Source: an uncultured Gemmatimonadales bacterium (lineage in GTDB: Bacteria > Gemmatimonadota > Gemmatimonadetes > Gemmatimonadales > GWC2-71-9). Taken from it: a DNA stretch of 64,000 nucleotides. How positions within the stretch are numbered: the stretch's first letter is position 1; every line of letters begins with the position of its first letter. The stretch is from positions 128,001-192,000 of the forward strand of contig CAVSQW010000008.1 in the NCBI GenBank assembly GCA_963730185.1, read 5' to 3'. The position numbers and the translations under genes are program-made. Positions 60,266 to 64,000 of the stretch are shown here, in pieces. The notes beneath the pieces are model-generated. The model had not been told where the DNA came from and did no database searches. It saw nothing but the letters and a program-made list of their open reading frames with translations.

Positions 60266-61471
60266 ATGACGCGACCCGAGACGCCGTCCGACCCGGCCCG
60301 TTCGGTCCTGGCGATCAACGGGGGCTCCTCGAGCATCCGGTTCGCGGTGTACTCGGTCGGCCCCCGGCCGCGCCGCCTGCTCGATGGCAAGATCGATCGG
60401 ATCGGCCTCGGTGGCACGACCTTCGAGGTCGGCCCGTCGAGCGTCGTGTCTCGGGCGCCCCCTCGGCTGGGCGTCGGCACCCACCGAAGGGTGGTGGACG
60501 CTCTCCTCGACTGGCTGGAGCGGGAGCCCATCTTCGCCTCGATCGTGGCGGCAGGACACCGGGTGGTCCATGGGATGCACCACGTGAAGCCGGCCCGGGT
60601 GACCCGGCGCCTCCTCGCCGAGCTCCGCCGCATCACGCCCTACGATCCCGAGCACCTCCGCCGCGAAATCCGGATCATCGAGGCACTTGCGAAGCGGCAT
60701 CCCACGCTGCCGCAGGTGGCGTGCTTCGACACCGCCTTTCACCGGACCATGCCCCGAGTGGCCAGAATGCTGCCGATTCCGCGGCGCTATGCGGTCCGGG
60801 GCGTCGAGCGCTACGGCTTCCACGGCCTGTCCTATGCCTATTTGATGGAGGAGCTCGGCCGCCTCGATCCGGCGGCGGCCAAGGGTCGGGTCATTCTCGC
60901 CCATCTGGGCAACGGCGCGAGCCTGGCGGCCGTGCGGCAGGGAGCCAGTATCGACACCAGTATGGGCTTCACCCCAGCCGGTGGCCTGGTGATGAGCACC
61001 CGCACCGGCGACCTGGACCCCGGCGTCGGCTACTACCTGGCCCGCACCGAACGGATGACGGCGGCGGGCTTCCAGCGGATGGCGACCCGTGAGGCCGGCC
61101 TGCTGGGGGTGTCCGGGACCAGCTCCGATCTGCGTGACCTGCTCGACCGGGAAACCCGGGACGCCCGGGCGGCGGACGCCGTCGCCCTGTTCTGCTACCA
61201 GGCAAAGAAGTGGATCGGGGCCTTCGCGGCGGCCCTCGGCGGGGTCGACACTCTCGTTTTCGCGGGCGGCATTGGCGAGAACGCGCCGTCGGTCCGCGCC
61301 CGGATCTGCGAGGGCCTGGCCTTTCTGGGCCTGGGGCTCGACCGGCGGCGCAATGGAGCGAATTCGGCGGTGATCTCCAAGCCGACCAGCCGGGTCGGGG
61401 TGCGGGTGATCCGGACCGACGAAGAGCTGATGATCGCGAGGGCGGTGGGTCAGGCGCTGGGGCTGGGGTAG
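60266..61471 (+). CDS. ackA: Acetate/propionate kinase
   Basis: INGGSSS, GHRVVHG, FDTAFH, YGFHGLS, HLGNGAS and GGIGEN. Confidence 0.93.
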   Translation: MTRPETPSDPARSVLAINGGSSSIRFAVYSVGPRPRRLLDGKIDRIGLGGTTFEVGPSSVVSRAPPRLGVGTHRRVVDALLDWLEREPIFASIVAAGHRVVHGMHHVKPARVTRRLLAELRRITPYDPEHLRREIRIIEALAKRHPTLPQVACFDTAFHRTMPRVARMLPIPRRYAVRGVERYGFHGLSYAYLMEELGRLDPAAAKGRVILAHLGNGASLAAVRQGASIDTSMGFTPAGGLVMSTRTGDLDPGVGYYLARTERMTAAGFQRMATREAGLLGVSGTSSDLRDLLDRETRDARAADAVALFCYQAKKWIGAFAAALGGVDTLVFAGGIGENAPSVRARICEGLAFLGLGLDRRRNGANSAVISKPTSRVGVRVIRTDEELMIARAVGQALGLG

Positions 61472-61617
61472 CTCACTCTTCATCCCTTCGAGCGATGGAG
61501 CCCGGCGGTGCGGCCGGGTAACCTTCCGTGCGGTCCCGCGTCGCCGGTGGCTCCGATGGACGGAGCCCACCGCGACGAGGAGTCACGAACGGCATTCGGC
61601 CGAGGAGGGACGATACC

Positions 61618-61779
61618 ATGCTCGATTCAGTCAGGAGCTTAAAGGGCTACCGGATGGAGGCCCTCGACGGGGTCATCGGAAGCGTCAACGAATTGTTCTC
61701 CGACGACCAGTATCGACACTACGGTCATCACGGCTACTGGGCCGACGAGCCGGCGCCGGTGGCGCCGCCGGTCTGGTGA
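61618..61779 (+). pseudogene. PRC-barrel protein remnant (internal deletion)
   Basis: PRC-barrel N-terminus L.GY...A.DG.IG.V joined directly to a typical C-terminal RHYG..GYW; only 53 aa; GGAGG SD. Confidence 0.6.
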
Positions 61780-61810
61780 GGTACCCGGCCCGGCCCGGGG
61801 GATCGTCCCG

Positions 61811-64000
61811 ATGACGGCCGCGACCCTGGCGCCGGACCTGGTCCGGCGGATCGATGCCTACTGGCGCGCCGCAAACTATCTGTCGGTGGGCCAGCTCTAC
61901 CTCTACGCCAATCCGCTCCTCCGGGAGCCGCTCACGCTGGCCCACGTCAAGCCGCTGGTGGTCGGGCATTGGGGGACGACGCCGGGCCAGAACTTCATCT
62001 ACGTCCACCTGAATCGGGTCATTACGCAGCATGACCTGGACATGATCTATGTGGCCGGTCCCGGTCACGGCGGCGCGGCAATCGTCGGCAACGTGTACTT
62101 GGAGGGCACCTGGAGTGAGGTGTATCCCGACATCACCCAGGACGAGGCCGGGCTCAAGAAGCTGTTCCATCAGTTCTCCTTCCCGGGCGGGATTTCCAGC
62201 CATGTGGCGCCCACGACCCCGGGGTCGATCCACGAAGGGGGCGAGCTCGGGTACTCGCTCAGCCATGCCTTCGGAGCGGCGTTCGACAACCCCGATCTGA
62301 TCGTTGCCTGCGTGGTCGGCGATGGGGAGGCGGAAACCGGTCCGCTCGCGACGGCCTGGCATTCCAACAAGTTCCTGAACCCGATCAGCGACGGCGCCGT
62401 GCTGCCGATCCTGCACCTCAACGGATACAAGATCAGCAACCCGACGATTCTGGCTCGGCTGGAGCCCGGGGAGCTGGCGGAGTTCTTCCGCGGCTCCGGC
62501 TGGGAGCCCCTGTTCGTCGACGGCGACGAACCGGAACCGATGCACCAGGGCATGGCCGCGGCTCTGGAGACCGCCATCGCGAGCATTCGACGGATTCAGG
62601 CCAAGGCGCGAACCGAGCACGACACGACCCGGGCCCGCTGGCCGATGATCGTCCTCCGCTCGCCCAAGGGCTGGACCGGGCCGAAAGTCGTGGACGGCCT
62701 GCCGATCGAGGGCACCTTCCGGTCGCACCAGGTCCCGCTCCTGGTGGATGCCGGTCATCCTGATCATGTGGCGCTGCTCGAGCAGTGGATGAAGAGCTAC
62801 CGGCCGGACGAGCTGTTCGACGAGCGCGGCCGGTTGCTGCCGGAGCTGGCCGAGCTGGCGCCGAAGGGCCACCGGCGGATGGGCGCCAACCCCCACGCCA
62901 ATGGCGGTCTCCTCCTCCGCGACCTGCGGATGCCGGACTTCCGGGTTCACGCGGTGGCGGTGCCGTCGCCCGGGGCCGTCGACGCGTCCGATACCCGGGT
63001 GCTGGGGCGATTTCTGCGAGACGTGGATACCCTCAACCAGGACCGGCGCCACTTTCGGATCTTCGGACCCGATGAGACGCTCTCGAATCTGCTTGGGGCG
63101 GTCTTCGAAACCACCAATCGCCAGTGGGACGCTCGCACCGCCCCCAACGACGAGTTTCTCGCCCCGGCCGGCCGGGTGCTCGACTCGATGCTCAGCGAGC
63201 ATCAGTGTCAGGGGTGGCTGGAGGGGTACCTGCTGACCGGGCGGCACGGCATCTTCAACTGCTATGAGGCCTTCGTCCGGATCGTCGATTCGATGTTCAG
63301 CCAGCACGCCAAATGGCTCAAGGTCACGGCGGAGCTCCCCTGGCGGCGGCGGATTGCGTCGCTCAACTACCTGCTCGCCTCCCACGTCTGGCAGCAGGAT
63401 CACAACGGGTTCACGCACCAGGACCCCGGCTTCCTCGACCACGTGGTCAACAAGAAGGCCGATATCGTGCGGGTGTATCTCCCGCCCGACGCCAATTGTC
63501 TGCTTTCGGTCGTGGATCACTGCCTCCGGAGCCGGCACTACGTCAACGTGGTGGTGGCCGGCAAGCATGCGCTTCCCCAATGGCTGACCATGGACGCCGC
63601 CGTGGTACACTGCACGGAAGGCATCGGGATCTGGCCCTGGGCCAGCAACGACCGGGGCGCCGAACCGGACGTGGTGATGGCCTGTTGCGGCGACACGCCC
63701 ACGCTGGAGACGCTCGCCGCCGTGTCGATCCTGCGGCGCCACCTGCCCGACCTGAAGATCCGGGTGATCAACGTGGTCGATCTCATGCGTCTCCAGCCCA
63801 GCACGGAGCACCCCCACGGGCTGACCGATACGGACTACGACGCCCTCTTCACCGTGGACCGGCCGATCGTCTTCGCGTTTCACGGCTACCCCTGGCTGAT
63901 CCACCGGCTCACCTACCAGCGGGCCAACCGCCACCTTCACGTCCGGGGGTACAAGGAAGAGGGCACCATCACCACGCCCTTCGACATGCGGGTGCAGAAC
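61811..64000 (+). CDS. xfp: Xylulose-5-P/fructose-6-P phosphoketolase (3' end outside the window)
   Basis: [43 protein letters not shown] and [12 protein letters not shown]. Confidence 0.96.
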   Translation, partial: MTAATLAPDLVRRIDAYWRAANYLSVGQLYLYANPLLREPLTLAHVKPLVVGHWGTTPGQNFIYVHLNRVITQHDLDMIYVAGPGHGGAAIVGNVYLEGTWSEVYPDITQDEAGLKKLFHQFSFPGGISSHVAPTTPGSIHEGGELGYSLSHAFGAAFDNPDLIVACVVGDGEAETGPLATAWHSNKFLNPISDGAVLPILHLNGYKISNPTILARLEPGELAEFFRGSGWEPLFVDGDEPEPMHQGMAAALETAIASIRRIQAKARTEHDTTRARWPMIVLRSPKGWTGPKVVDGLPIEGTFRSHQVPLLVDAGHPDHVALLEQWMKSYRPDELFDERGRLLPELAELAPKGHRRMGANPHANGGLLLRDLRMPDFRVHAVAVPSPGAVDASDTRVLGRFLRDVDTLNQDRRHFRIFGPDETLSNLLGAVFETTNRQWDARTAPNDEFLAPAGRVLDSMLSEHQCQGWLEGYLLTGRHGIFNCYEAFVRIVDSMFSQHAKWLKVTAELPWRRRIASLNYLLASHVWQQDHNGFTHQDPGFLDHVVNKKADIVRVYLPPDANCLLSVVDHCLRSRHYVNVVVAGKHALPQWLTMDAAVVHCTEGIGIWPWASNDRGAEPDVVMACCGDTPTLETLAAVSILRRHLPDLKIRVINVVDLMRLQPSTEHPHGLTDTDYDALFTVDRPIVFAFHGYPWLIHRLTYQRANRHLHVRGYKEEGTITTPFDMRVQN

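Overview
This is a high-GC, densely coding bacterial chromosomal window. Gene content suggests a Gemmatimonadota/Acidobacteriota-like host (inference from the PadR+ADOP permease pair, the Hanks kinase-TPR and the HEAT-repeat proteins). I found no rRNA, tRNA, CRISPR array, integrase or transposase. The first ~41.7 kb holds many exported hydrolases, a sulfur operon (ATP-grasp, SfnG-like monooxygenase, cysK) behind a poly-Cys leader ORF and terminator, a BlaI/BlaR1(M56)-HEAT locus, an ECF sigma factor, and a Cys/His-rich uORF-TonB receptor-BNR-TlpA operon. From ~41.7 kb to the end lies a stress/dormancy-type island. It contains VIT1, groES/groEL, XRE and NarL regulators, a PA2779-like protein beside a C39 peptidase-TPR-POTRA-Omp85 fusion, OmpA, two PEP-CTERM proteins, small membrane stress proteins, and rpiA-pgm-zwf-HAD-HPF-ackA-xfp. 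The best novelty candidates are (1) the C39-Omp85/PA2779-like pair, (2) the nearly leaderless poly-Cys attenuator, (3) the TAPP-ending putative arrest uORF and (4) a shared C-terminal PWPWP..PRPFP motif. Several single-base frameshifts are probably assembly errors. All family calls come from motif recognition by eye; no searches were run.
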